Of a stretch of DNA of 64,000 nucleotides, positions 1 to 11,680 are shown one piece after another; the stretch's first letter is position 1; each line of letters begins with the position of its first letter. Under the pieces are notes generated by a model. The model searched no databases. It was not told where the DNA came from and worked only from the letters and a program-made list of their open reading frames with translations. The stretch is taken from contig OZ336885.1 in NCBI GenBank assembly GCA_965287045.1, forward strand, positions 49,352,001 through 49,416,000. Direction: 5' to 3'. Source of the stretch: Carcharhinus amblyrhynchos. Lineage: Eukaryota. The translations under genes and the position numbers were made by a program.

Positions 1-256
1 AACTACAGTTCAAATGTGCTTGATTTGGTACAAAGAACTTTGTAATCTCTTAATTTTGTAAATAAATGTTATATAAATGCAAGCTCTTATTTTAAGGGTG
101 TCAGTAAGAAACTGAAGGATTAAAAATAGTTGAGATAGATCGAAATAAAATGGATGTAATATAATTGATACCGAAGATGAAATTGGTATCTTCATGGGAC
201 TAAGAACTTTAAGAGATATACAAGGTAACGTGAAAACCCACCAAGTTTTAAGCTTT

Positions 257-563
257 TACAGAAGCGGCACCTTTAATCCAGCACCCTCGGGACCAAGCCC
301 ATGCCAGATTTTGAATATTGCTGGATTTCACATTGGGTGATTTGAACCATGGATAGTGCAGTTTGGGTCAGGTGGGGTCAAGGATCATTTGGAACGCAAG
401 CTGGAGCAAAATGCTAATCAGTAAAGTTGGTAACAAGTCACACCGCATCCCAGTGCAGCACTGAGATTTTAATTAAAATTGATGGATGGAGTATCATAAA
501 AATGTTCAGTTTTCACACATCACTGGTTTTTTTGGGTAGCCAGATTTGAAGTCTTTAACCTGT
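257..563. mobile_element. Possible old Tc1/mariner (Tigger-like) non-autonomous element
   Basis: Starts TACAG, has an ATCCAGCA...GCTGGAT internal inverted motif and ends ...GCCAGATT...CCTGT; resembles Tigger MITE architecture but is heavily diverged. Confidence 0.3.
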
Positions 564-1204
564 GTGTTGACTGACTTTCAAAAAGTCTGTGGGACTAAAA
601 AAATGATGCAGCTGTTAAATTAATTGTTCACATTTATTGTCTGAAACCAAAAGTTTTTATAGGTTCTCTGAGAAGAGCCATGAAATTGTAACATGAAGAG
701 GTTACTAAAGCGTGCATTAACAAAAAATCAAATCGAGCAGTGAGCATTAGGCCCAGATGAAGAAATAGGTGAAGTTATTAGTTTGTATATCAGGACCTGA
801 AGCAATACATGAATGGAAAGGTTGTTTTCCTCCAGAGTAATAGATAAAGAATATTCTTCCCTCAAAAGTAATTAAGGCTATTTCAACTTCTTTAAGAAAG
901 TGGAATGAATAACTGATCAGGTATTGGGCCTGATAGTTATAAGTTCTTAATTTCAGATTTTTAGTACTCTTCTGATTGAATAAAATGAATAACTTGCCAT
1001 AGTTTGAAATAACTTTACATACAGAAGCATTCATCAGTCCAGGTCTGAGGAAAATAGCAACATAGGACCTGGAATTGGCCATTTACACCTGCACTACCAA
1101 CCTACCAGCACCTCCACTTTCTCAGGAGGCTAAGGAAATTTGGGATGTCTACAATACTGGTGTTGTATACAATATATATCTACGTCAACTTGACTATTCT
1201 ATAC

Positions 1205-1326
1205 AATTATTTTATTTTTAAAATGGACCAAAGTTTTACCCTGATGAGCCATGATTCATACCAAAGAAACAATACTTTTCATTGCATACTAATACATGTG
1301 ACGATAATAAATCAAATCAAATCAAA
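1205..1326 (+). mobile_element. 3' end of Rex/Babar-type LINE
   Basis: Ends ...CATGTGACGATAATAAATCAAATCAAATCAAA, the reverse complement of the tail at 3075-3130 that is attached to a Rex-like RT. Confidence 0.6.
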
Positions 1327-2014
1327 ACTACCATTCAATGAGACCATTAGCGATTGGTGACCTAATTTATGTACCCCCTCTTTGCCCTATAACCCTCGAT
1401 ACACTTGTTTAACATTTGATGAAGCATCAAGTAACATTTGTGGAAAAGAATTTCAATCTTCTACCACTGTTTGTGTTTAAAAGTGTTTCCTAATTTCAAT
1501 TCTAAAAGTCTGGCATCAATTTTTAAACCATTCTGGTCCTAGACTCCAGGGGAAATATTACTCAATCTGCTGCCCTTAATATCTTGTAAACTTCGGTCAA
1601 TCATCTATTAACCTTTCAAGTCATACAGTTTACAACCCTAGTTAGTGCAATCTCTCCTCATAATTTAACTCTTGGGGCCCTGGGTATCACTTCAGTAAAG
1701 CTTTGTTACATCTCCTTCAAGGTCAATATATCTTTTCTAAGATTGTGACTCAATGCTGGATTTTAAGGCCTTGCCTGCCCAAAGGGGTATTATGGTCCAG
1801 CCAAAGTAAATGGTAATTTAAATGGCCCCTCCACATTCATTGCTGGGAGATGTGTGGTGGCAGCGTAGTACAATCCTGGCCCACGTTTCCTCCATCCAGT
1901 GTTCTATAAGCTGAAACATGATTTCTACCCCTTTATATTCTAGTCCTTTAGAGATAAAGGGCATGATTCCATATTCCAATTCTGTTCCTCCACCTAGTGG
2001 TGCACTAAGGCTGG

Positions 2015-2172
2015 CTTCACAGTCCTAAAGACGTGCTGGTTAGGTGTGTTGGCCATATTAAATTCTCCCTCATGTACCAGAACAGGCACTGGAGACTGGC
2101 AACTAGGTGATTTTCACAGTAACTTTGCAGTGGTAATGTAAGCCTACTTGTGACAAATAAATACATTTTAAA
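2015..2172 (+). mobile_element. V-SINE 3' half, alternative (non-HER1) tail
   Basis: CACAGTCCTAAAGACGTGCTGGTTAGG...CAGTAACTTTGCAGTGGTAATGTAAGCCTACTTGTGACAAATAAAT. Confidence 0.7.
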
Positions 2173-2179
2173 CTGGGCT

Positions 2180-2414
2180 CTGGTCTGTCACCAACGGCTC
2201 ATAGCTTGAGGGGTGTCACTTTGCATCAAGCGTCATTAACCAGGAGTCTCTCCTATTCTCACCGCCAGCCATTGGCATGTTTAGAAGGATTGATATGTTT
2301 AGAAGGTTGATATTCAATCTGACTGCATTATGATGCCATCACGTCTTGGGCTGGGACTTGAACTCGGAGCTTCTGGCTCAGGGGCAGGTATGCTATCCAC
2401 TGCGCCATAAGATC
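2180..2414 (-). mobile_element. tRNA-derived SINE (same family as 60971-61250)
   Basis: Reverse complement has A-box/B-box head ...GCGCAGTGGATAGCAT...GAGCCAGAAGCTCCGAGTTCAAGTCCC. Confidence 0.65.
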
Positions 2415-3073
2415 TGCAACATTCCATAAGGTTTTTGGCTATTTTCTGTAGCTGTTCATGATATTTTACTGATCAATGTACCTGGGCCCCTATGTCTCTT
2501 TGGATCCCACTCTTTCTCACCTTCCACTACTGAGAAAATATTGTGTGTCTGTCCTCTTTAAGTGCAAATTGGATGATTTCACATTTGCCTACATGGAAAT
2601 TCACTCGCCACTGTTTTGTTCATTCTCTTAATGTATCAATATCTCTTGGAAATGTTATGCTTCTACCTACATTGCTTACAATGCCACCTGTCTTTGTGGC
2701 ATTGAGACATTTGGATATAAGCCTTTCTATCCCAACATTCAAGTCATTAATAAATAATAGAGAATATTTGAAGCTCCAGTGCAGATCCTTGAGGGTTGCC
2801 GCTTGTCATGTGCTGCCAAATGGAGTATCAGCCCATTATCCCTACTCTCTGTCTCCTGCTGCTGAAGCAATATCCTAACCAGGTCAATCATTTTTCTTTA
2901 ATTCCTTGAGCTCTAAATTGAGCTAACAGTCTCTTATGAAGATCTTTATGTGAAAGTCCCTGTAAGTAACATTAATTGTTATTTCCTGCTAACAAATTTA
3001 ATCGACACAGTTCTACCGGTGCAATTGGCCTGAAACCAGATGTCTGATTGATATAGTGAGACAGTGCCTGCTT

Positions 3074-3885
3074 GTTTGATTTGATTTATTAATATCACAT
3101 GTATTAGTATGCAGTGAAAAATATTGCTTCTTGTGTGCTGTACAGACAAAGCATACCATTCATAGAGAAGGAAATAAGAGAGTGCAGAATTTAGTGTTAC
3201 GGTCATAACGAGGGTGTAGAGAAAGATAAACTTAATGAGAGATAGATCCATTCAAAAGTCCAACGTCAGCAAGGGAGAAGCTGTTTTTGAGCTGGTTGCC
3301 ACATGATCTCAGAATTTGTATCTTTCCTGTTGGAAGAAGGTGGAAGACAGTATGCCCGAAGTGTGATTATGCTGGCTGCTTTTATGAGGCAGCGGGAAGT
3401 GTAGACAGAGTCAATGGGTGGGAAGTTGGTTTGAGTGATGCACGGGGCTTCATTCGCGACTCTTTGTAGTTTTTTTGTGGTTTTGGGCAGAGCAGGAGCC
3501 GTACCAAGCTGTGATACAACCAGAAATAATGCTTTCTGTGGTGCATCTGTAGAAGTTGGTGAGAGTTGCAGTGAACATCCCAAATTTCCTTAGTCTCCTG
3601 TGAAAGTAGAGTTGTTGTGGGCTTTCTTAACTATAGGTCTGCATGGAGGGAACAGGACAGGTTGTTGGTGATCTGGACACCTAAAAACTTGAAGCTCTTT
3701 ACTATTTCCACTTCGTCCCCATTGATGTAGGCAGGGGCATGTCCTTCAATACACTTCCTGAAGTTGATGACTATCTCCTTTGTTTTGTTGGCATTGAGGA
3801 AGAGATTATTGTCATTGCACCAGTTCACAAGATTCTCTACCTCTTTCCTGTACAGTGTCATTGTTTGAAGCTGGCTCACATACAC
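3074..3885 (-). mobile_element. Rex1/Babar-type LINE, 5'-truncated, decayed RT C-terminus
   Basis: Translates YRKEVENLVNWCNDNNLFLNANKTKEIVINFRK...VKSFKFLGVQITNNLS; (AAATC)n tail. Confidence 0.8.
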
Positions 3886-3937
3886 TAGCTTATACATTCA
3901 TGACTGGTCAACCTAGTGAGAAACTCTCAAGGACATG

Positions 3938-4422
3938 AACATAGGAACATAAGAACATAAGAAATAGGGGCAGGAGTAGGCCATCTAGCCCTTCGAGCCT
4001 GCCCAGCCATTCAGTAAGATCATGGCTGATCTGAAGTGGCTCAGTTCCACTTTCCCACCCTCTCCCCATAACCCTTAATCCCCTTGCCTACCAAAAACCT
4101 ATCTACCCGCGTCTTAAATATATTTAGCGAGGCAGCCTCCACCACTTCAACGGGCAGAGAATTCCAGAGATTCACCACCCTTTGAGTGAAGAAGTTCCTC
4201 CTCAACTCTGTTCTAAACCGCCCCCCCCCTTATCTTGAGCCTGTACCCTCTAGTCCTACTGTCCTTTCTGAGCGGGAAGAGCCTCCCCACCTCTGTCCTA
4301 TCCATCCCTTTCATCATCTTATATGTCTCAATGAGATCTCCCCTCATTCTTCTAAACTCTAACGAGTACAAGCCTAGTTTATTCAGCCTCTCCTCATAGC
4401 TCAACCCCCTCAACCCCTCAAC
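3938..4422 (-). mobile_element. CR1 (HER1-like) LINE 3' fragment
   Basis: [30 protein letters not shown]; tail reads (ACATAAGA)n on the plus strand. Confidence 0.9.
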
Positions 4423-4661
4423 ATGAATATAATGGGTATAATATAGGGCTTGAAGCAAAGTGCTGCAGCTTGAACTACTGAGGCACCATGCTCCTCAAAA
4501 ACATCAAAGGACATGTAGATAGTGCATAAAAATGATATTGAAGTAGATGGTTAGACATGATCTTACTGAGTGGGCCCAAAGAGCTGAATCGTCTAACCCT
4601 ATTCTGATTTCTTATGTTCTGAAATGGCTAGCCTTCTGCATGCTATGTAACTTTGTATCAG

Positions 4662-4730
4662 GAAGAGGAGACAATGGATTCAAGAATGGAGAAGAGTTGA
4701 GCAATGGATCCTCAGTGAAAACTTCTTTCA
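4662..4730 (+). other. Candidate 69-nt exon (phase 1-1) of an unidentified transcript
   Basis: CTTTGTATCAG acceptor, CA|GTAAGT donor, open frame GRGDNGFKNGEELSNGSSVKTSF; no homology recognised. Confidence 0.25.
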
Positions 4731-4957
4731 GTAAGTTCTGATTGAACTCTGCATAAGAATGATAAGCAGTGAGGATCAAATTGTCATTTTTTTCAGGCCA
4801 GTCTTACTTCACCAGCCATCTTATATGATCCTACAGCAATCTGCTCCCTTAAAATGACCTTTTACAAAAATGCTCTCATTCAAGAAAAACAAAGCTCAGC
4901 TTTACTTGTGTTATATTTAACAAAGCTTAATATCATGCTCACGTTTGCAGTGATTGG

Positions 4958-5790
4958 ATCAGCTATAGTTCAGTGGTCACAAGTTCACCTCTGAGTCAGA
5001 ATGTCATGGATTTGAACTTTCTCTGAAGGCCTGAGAACATAATCTAGACTGACCCTCCAGCACAGTACTGAGGGAGTGCTGTCAGAGGGACTGAGGGAGT
5101 GCTGTCAAAGGGCCTGAGGGAGTGCTGTCAGAGGGACTCAGGGAGTGCTGTCAAAGGGACTGAGTGCTGTCAGAGGGACTGAGGGAGTGCTGTTAGAGGG
5201 ACTGAGGGACTGAGGGAGTGCTGTCAAAGGGCCTGAGGGAGTGCTGTCAAAGGGACTGAGTGAGTGCTGTCAGAGGGACTGAGGGAATGCTGTTAGAGGG
5301 ACTGAGGGACTGGGAGAGTGCTGTCAGAGGGACTAAGGGAGTGTTGTCAAAGGGACTGAGTGAGTGCTGTCAGAGGGACTGAGGGAGTGCTGTTAGAGGG
5401 ACTGAGGGAGTGCTGTTAGAGGGACTGAGGGAGTGCTGTCAGAGGGACTGAGGGAGTGCTGTCAAAGGGCCTGAGGGAGTGCTGTCAGAGGGACTCAGGG
5501 AGTGCTGTCAAAGGGACTGAGGGAATGCTGTTAGAGGGACTGAGGGACTGGGAGAGTGCTGTCAAAGGGCCTGAGGGAGTGCTGTCAAAGGGACTGAGTG
5601 AGTGCTGTCAGAGGGACTGAGGGAATGCTGTTAGAGGGACTGAGGGACTGAGAGAGTGCTGTCAGAGGGTCTAAGGGAGTGTTGTCAGAGGTACTGAAGA
5701 AATGCTATCAGAGCTTACAGCCAAGACTCCACCTGTCAGGTAAAGGTAAAAGATCATATGGTGCTATTTTGAAGAAGAGCTGGGAAGTTC
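4958..5790 (+). mobile_element. DeuSINE/SacSINE1-like SINE hosting a minisatellite
   Basis: tRNA-like head (CTCTGAGTCAGAA), then CAGTACTGAGGGAGTGCTG, resuming after the array with GTAAAAGATC...TTTTGAAGAAGAGC. Confidence 0.65.
5067..5712 (+). repeat. Minisatellite, 23-bp unit ACTGAGGGAGTGCTGTCAGAGGG
   Basis: Directly visible tandem array with variant units. Confidence 0.95.
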
Positions 5791-6099
5791 AAAAATCACC
5801 ATGAAGGACTTCTGCTTCTCAGCCTTCTCCTTTCTGAAGGCAGGCCCAGCAAGTACCAATGTTTTGCTGATATAAAGGGAAATGGCTGGGACTGTGAGCC
5901 TGGGCAGCTTTCTGCCCTAATCTGCCACCTCCAATTACAAGGGTTTCTTTCCTCATACACCCTCCTCAGGTTCACCAAGTACCCCAAAGAACTAAGAGCA
6001 GTCATGGTGAAGTTACGTGATTAGTCATGGTGAAGTAACACACTATGATGTTTTCAGAACGACTCATTTTGAGAAGAAGATTTGGACAAGGCAAGGAAG

Positions 6100-6446
6100 A
6101 TAGAACCATAGAACCCTACAGTGCAGAAAGAGGCCCTTCAGCCCATCAAGTATGCACCAAACACAATCCCACCCAGGCCCTACTCCCACATCCCTACATA
6201 TTTTACCCACTAATCCCTCTAACCTACGCATCCCAGGACACTAAGGGGCAATTTTTTAACATGGCCAATCAACCTAACCTGCACATCTTTAGACTGTGGA
6301 AGGAAACCGGAGTACCCGGAGGAAACCCACGCAGACACGCGGAGAACATGCAAACTCCACACAGACAGTGATGCGAGCCAGGATTCAAACCCAGGTCCCT
6401 GGAGCTGTGAAGAAGCAGTGCTAACCACTGTGCTACCATGCCGCCC
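6100..6446 (-). mobile_element. Full-length HE1-type V-SINE with CR1-derived tail
   Basis: tRNA head GGGCGGCATGGTAGCACAGTGGTTAGCACTG, V-domain GGGTTTCCTCCGGGTACTCCGGTTTCC, tail GGGCCTCTTTCTGCACTGTAGGGTTCTATG; ATAG on both flanks. Confidence 0.9.
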
Positions 6447-7734
6447 ATAGCTTACAATGGATTCAAGATCGGAATGTCTTCTAAGAGAGAGTATGCAGAT
6501 ATATTGTGGGCCTGCTAGTGTGGTGAAATACATACTCTGTTGCTGAGGGAAAGAGCAAGGGAGTCACTTTCAAACAGGAAAATACTCATCAAACAATGAT
6601 AGTCCATCTCCTCTTGCCAACTCCTTCAATAGATTTTGAGTCAAGAATCACCAGGGTCACCTCTTTAAAGGATCACATTGATGGCTATCCACTAGTGTAT
6701 ATTTAATTGTATCTCCTGAACACAACACAGCCAGATGTTAGAAAGTGATGGGCATCCAGCTTGGCAGACTGCCATGCCCATATCACTGCCAGTGTGAGTA
6801 CATTCCAATATCGCGTGCAACAGGCCAGAGATATCGATTGTTAAAGCAGCATCCAGAAAACAAGCTTGAGCGTGGCTTGTGGCTTAGAATGCTTCTCCGT
6901 GCTTTAGTAAGTTAGTTATCTCCATGCCATGACCAACAATCTCCAGCTTTGCTTTGCAATGAGTGCTGGATGGCTCCTGGAGCGGAGAAGGAATAGTTCG
7001 GATGTGAAAGCGGATCTCTGTTCCACTCTATCCCCCATAACATGGAGGAAATCAAATCTCAAATGTTTTGTGTTCAGAACAGGAAAATGCATCAATGATC
7101 TGAACTTGGTAATAACTGAATCCTCCAGCACTGAAGAAATTCCCACAACATTCAGTTGGTTAAGAAATGATAGAAGTTAGTGTTTACAATATCCTTTGAA
7201 GCTATTAAGTCACACACATGGCAGTTTGCAGGTGCATGGTTATATTAGACTCATGCAGTTCAGGATAATTATATTTCTCTTTCATTTCCAGCTCTGTTCA
7301 ATAACTGGTAGATAGAAAACGCTTCTCCAGTTTCACTGGGAGCAATCCTGAGCCCACACTGTCTGTCTGTGGGAATAGCAGTGGGGTCTTAAGATCTAGC
7401 AACACCTGGAAATTGCAAATCTTGCTGGTGAGACTGTGATTTCTGATTTTCACCAGCAACGTAATTAGGTTCATACCCATTATGGGGGGGGATGCAGGAG
7501 TGAAAGTGATGGGGGTGCTGATGATGGCTGTTTGGGAAGAATGTGGTGCCGGCAATCGCTATTTTGGTGGCGGTGACTGCCAGTGATGGCTCTTTGGGAG
7601 GGTCTGACGCTGGCGATGACTGTTGGTGGGGAGGGGTAGGGTGCAGGGGGGGTGTGCGGTTGGAGAGAGAGAGAGAATGGGTGATGCCGGCTTTGATTGT
7701 TGAGAGATGGGGGGTATCAGCTTTGATTACAAAG

Positions 7735-8035
7735 GCATTTTATTAAATGCCTATTTGGAAGTTTGTGTATATCACATCAGCCACACTACCCTCATCAACC
7801 CTCTCTATCCTCATCAAAAAGCTCAATCGAATTAGTTAATCATGATTTGCTTTTAATAAATCCATGCATTTTTTAACTGGTCGGCGCAACATCGTGGGCC
7901 GAAGGGCCTGTTCTGCGCTGTAATGTTCTATGTTCTATGCTAGTTTTTAAAATTAATCTACCTTACTCTAAGGGACTATTCATTTTGACCTGGATTATTG
8001 TTTTTAAAAGCTTTCCCACCATAGAGGTTAAACTA
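7735..8035 (-). mobile_element. Old CR1 RT fragment
   Basis: Reverse strand matches the QHGF..KSCLTNLIEFF region. Confidence 0.65.
7869..7938 (+). mobile_element. Very short 3' tail insertion of young CR1 subfamily
   Basis: AACTGGTCGGCGCAACATCGTGGGCCGAAGGGCCTGTTCTGCGCTGTAATGTTCTATGTTCTATG, matching the tails at 17573 and 48900. Confidence 0.85.
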
Positions 8036-8054
8036 AATGGGGGACTAAGTTAAA

Positions 8055-10230
8055 ATCAGGAAATTACAAGCCAGCGAGTGTAACTTCAGTGGTAGGAAAA
8101 CTATTGGAAAAATTCTGAGATACAGAAGTAGTCTCTACTTGGGGAGTTAAGGGTTAATGAACAATAATCAGCACGGTTTTGTCCAAGGGAAATCATGGGG
8201 CAATTTTCCAGCCTCGCCATGCCTGGCACAGATTTCACAATTCAGAATTTGTGGGCCTAAAAACAGTTTTCACATCTGGTGCCAAACAGTTTGCAATTGT
8301 CCTGATCCTTTTCTACTGGCACAAACTGGATCATGCCCAGAAAGGGCACAATGCTGGTTAACGTATTTAAAGTAGAATTTAAATATGTTGAGCCCAGCTT
8401 CCAGGATCTTCTGACCTTCAGATGTGGTGTGAGCCCAGCAAGAATCACCAAGAGTGATGGTCACACTGGGAGCCTCAGAGGCCACTGAAGCCCCCAGGTG
8501 ATCAGGGACATGTCTGGGCACTGCACATCTGGCAATGCTTACCTGGCACACTAGCATGGGCAGGTGGGCAGTGCCAGGTGGACACTGCCTCTGAGCCAGG
8601 AGCAGTGCCAATGGAGTGAGGCCTGGGGGGGGGGGGGGGGGGGGGGGGGGGTGGTTGTTGAGGCTATGATAGGGTGGTCGCGAAAGGGTGGCACATGAAG
8701 AAGGGCATGTCAGGGTCATGAAATGGGGACATGTTGGGGGTCATGAAGGGTGGGCATTGTCAGAGGCAATGAAGGGAAACCCATCTGGAGTCTCCCAGCG
8801 CACTGTGAGATTGGGATGACTTTTCAAAATATGCCCAATTGCTTTGCAGCTGGGCTCACTGGCATGTTTAGGCCCGTCTCTCCTAGAACCAGTGTGCAAC
8901 TCACCACTCACCCAAAGAATGACTTAGTATGGGACAATTACAATCTGTTCCATCACGATCTGTCTGGTTTTCTCGCCGTCATGATTCTTAGTCATTTTTG
9001 GGAAAATTCCACTCCGTGTCTTACAAATTTGATTGAATTTTTTGAGGAGGTGGTAGATAAGAATAGTGCATTTGACATAGTCCACATGGACTTCAGTAAG
9101 GCTTTTGACAAGGTTCTACTTGAGAGGCTGATGAAGGTGAGAGCCCATTGGATCCAGGGCAATTTGGCAAACTGGATCCAAAATCGACTTAGTGGTCAGA
9201 GTCATAGGATGATGATTGAAGGTTGTTTTTGTAAGTGGAAGACTATGTCCAGTAGTGCACCACAGAGTTTGATGTTGGGTCCCTTGTTTTGTAGTGTACA
9301 TTAATGATCTGGACACGAATGTAGGAGGTATGATAAGTGAGTTCACAGACAACACACAGAAATTTGCGGTGTGATAAATAGTGAGGAGCAAAGCCTTAGA
9401 TTACAGGATAATATAGATGGGCTGGTTAGATGGGCAGAACAGTGGCAAATGAAATATAACCCTGAAAAGTGTGGGGTAATGCATTTTGAGATGACTAACA
9501 AAGCAAGGGAACATACAATGAATGTTCAGACCCTAAGAAATACAGGGGATCAGGGGGAGCCTGGATCACAAGTGTGCATGTCCATAGATCTCTGAAGACA
9601 ACAGGACAAGTAAATAAGGTGGTTAAAATGGCATATGGGATGCTGGTTATGATGGAACTATATAAAATGCTGGTGAGGCCCCAGCTGAAGCACTGTATTG
9701 TAGTTCTGAGTGTTATACTATAGGAAAGTTGTGATTGCATGAGAGAAGGTGCAGAGGAGATTCAGCAGCATTTTGCCTGGGCAGGAGTGTTTCAACTATG
9801 AAGAGAGACTGGGTAGGCTGGGGCTGTTTTCCTTGGAGTAGAGAAGGCTGAGGGGGTCCTGATTGAGGTGTATAAAATCATAAGGGCTTAGATAGAGTGG
9901 ATTAAAAGTAACATTTCCTTTAGCAGAGGAGTCAATAATAGATGGGCATAGATTCAAATGAAGGAGCAGGAAGTTTATAGGAGATGTGAAGCAAAGTTTT
10001 TTCACCTAGAGGATGGTGGGAATCTGGAACTCACTGACTGAAAGGGTGACAGAGGCGGGAACCCTCACAACATTTAAGAAGCACTTAGACGAGCACCTGA
10101 AACACCATAGCATACAAGGCTACAGACCAAGTGCTAGAAAATGAGATTAGAATAGATGGGTGCTTGATGGATTGTGCAGACATGATGGGCTGAAGGGCCT
10201 CTTTCTGTGCTGTAAAACTCTATGACTCTG
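8055..10230 (+). mobile_element. CR1 LINE, 5'-truncated, decayed RT plus 3' UTR
   Basis: QHGFVQGKS / CLTNLIEFFEE...DFSKAFDKV / WQMKYNPEKCGVMHF; tail GGGCTGAAGGGCCT...CTCTATGACTCT. Confidence 0.9.
8197..9014. mobile_element. Non-autonomous DNA transposon (PIF/Harbinger-like) inserted in CR1
   Basis: Imperfect TIRs GGGGCAATTTTCC / GGAAAATTCCACTC, 3-bp TSD CAT/CGT; CR1 frame resumes (GKS|CLTNL); internal poly-G near 8625-8651. Confidence 0.75.
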
Positions 10231-10985
10231 TACACATTGAGCTTATATCTACATTTTTAAGTCCACTGTTATCCTAGATAAGGCCCCTCCAAGTCTATTA
10301 TCTATTTCACAAATTATAAACTGCTCAAACCTGTTTTCAAGTGGAGAGAGTTTAGATTAATTAGCCATTTAAAATTAAAATAAATAACATTTTTCTGGCA
10401 TCGCATCATCAATTTTTGTGGCCAAGTAATTTATTTTATTAAAAAATTATGTAAATGAGATTTAAATGCCTGTGTTGTGATTTATTGAAGAAGTAAAATA
10501 TAATGCATTTGTTCTCTTTAATGACAGAATTGTGCTTAGATTTATGTAGTGAGTAAAATGCTGCTGCTTTTTGATTGATTAATAAACATAAGAAAAAGCA
10601 AATTTCTTTTAAAACAACATAGCTTTAATTCCCTACCATCTGTACATATATATTACCACTATGTCATTGTTTTTCACTACACTTCCTGCCAATAAGTCAA
10701 AGGAGGACACATTGTAGTTTACACTCCTCATTGCTGAAGGGGTACCTAGGTAAGAGGGAGCATTCCACTGACACCCCCCACCCCATCACTCTTTGCCCAA
10801 TCAGCCAGGTCTCAGTCATGTATGATCAATATTGCAGCTTATTACTGTTGTCCAACAAAACCAATTTTGCACTTTTGCCTTCAGTGACTTTTGTTTTATT
10901 CATTAAATGAAGGATGGGGATGTGATTGGCTGAATTAATGCCCTATTTCCTGCAGCACTTTTCATTTCAGCTTGACCAGAAAGGT

Positions 10986-11119
10986 CAGCAAGAAGTCTCA
11001 CAACACCGGGTTAAAGTTCAACAGGTTTATTTGGTAGCACAAGCTTTTGGAGTGTTGCGGTGTCGATGGTGGCCATGACGTGGAGATACCGGTGTTGGAA
11101 TGCCGACATCTCCACATCA
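10986..11119. mobile_element. Penelope-like element terminal remnant
   Basis: AAGAAGTCTCACAACACCGGGTTAAAG...; 13-bp TSD TGACCAGAAAGGT (10973-10985 / 11120-11132). Confidence 0.8.
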
Positions 11120-11508
11120 TGACCAGAAAGGTGTCAGGATCTGCTTACTCTAGAATCTATCCCATGCCAGGCAACAATCATTTTCTTGAGCCCTAAATCT
11201 TTTCTGCACACGACAACAGGCAGTTGGGACTTTGGTTTGATGTTGTATCCAATACACTGTCTCTGACAGTGCAGCACTTCCTTGGTACAGTGCTGGAAAG
11301 CTGCTCTATAATTTACTGCTTTGGTTCCAGACCTTCTGATTCAAAGCTTATCTCAATAATTGTCACTTCTGAAGACATTGGCATCAGCTATAGTGAAACA
11401 CTGACAAATGTTAAAATTTTACTCATATATCTTTTCATTCAGCTCTTTTTAAGTAGTTCCTTAAGCAACAGAGTAACCTATAACCTGTGGTGGAAGACTG
11501 GAACATAA

Positions 11509-11634
11509 GGGGTGAATTTTACTGTCCCGTCTGCCATGGGAATTAGTGTGGGCAAAGAGGCAGACCATGGAAAGATCTATTGATCTTGGGCAGGATTTTC
11601 TGGTTTCGGGGCAAGCAAGATCAAAAAATCCCGT
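11509..11634. mobile_element. ~125-bp MITE (Harbinger-like family)
   Basis: GGGGTGAATTTTAC...AAAATCCC; homologous to 21535-21661, 37357-37471 and 56726-56862. Confidence 0.65.
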
Positions 11635-11680
11635 ACAATATGGGGATCATACCTGAGGAATGGTTAACTGAGTGAAAGAT

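Larger units (their letters stand above)
1375..2970 (-). mobile_element. Old CR1 LINE fragment (RT and 3' end) interrupted by a MITE and SINEs
   Basis: Degenerate reverse-strand CR1 motifs: 3' end at 1375-1750, and RT region at 2430-2950 including KFADDTK-like sequence near 2690. Confidence 0.6.

Noticed and set aside
747-930. Peptide QPFHSCIASGPDIQTNNFTYFFIWA faintly recalling the PA14 region of fibrocystin (PKHD1)
   Set aside because: Short, weak similarity from memory, poor splice acceptor, immediate stop and no collinear supporting exons
5790-7200. Unique-looking stretch with several 60-80 codon open frames
   Set aside because: Stops in every frame and no motif recognised; cannot support a CDS or pseudogene call
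7735-8200. Apparent 5'-inverted CR1 (twin priming)
   Set aside because: The two head-to-head pieces cover overlapping RT regions and are strongly diverged from each other, so they are more likely independent insertions
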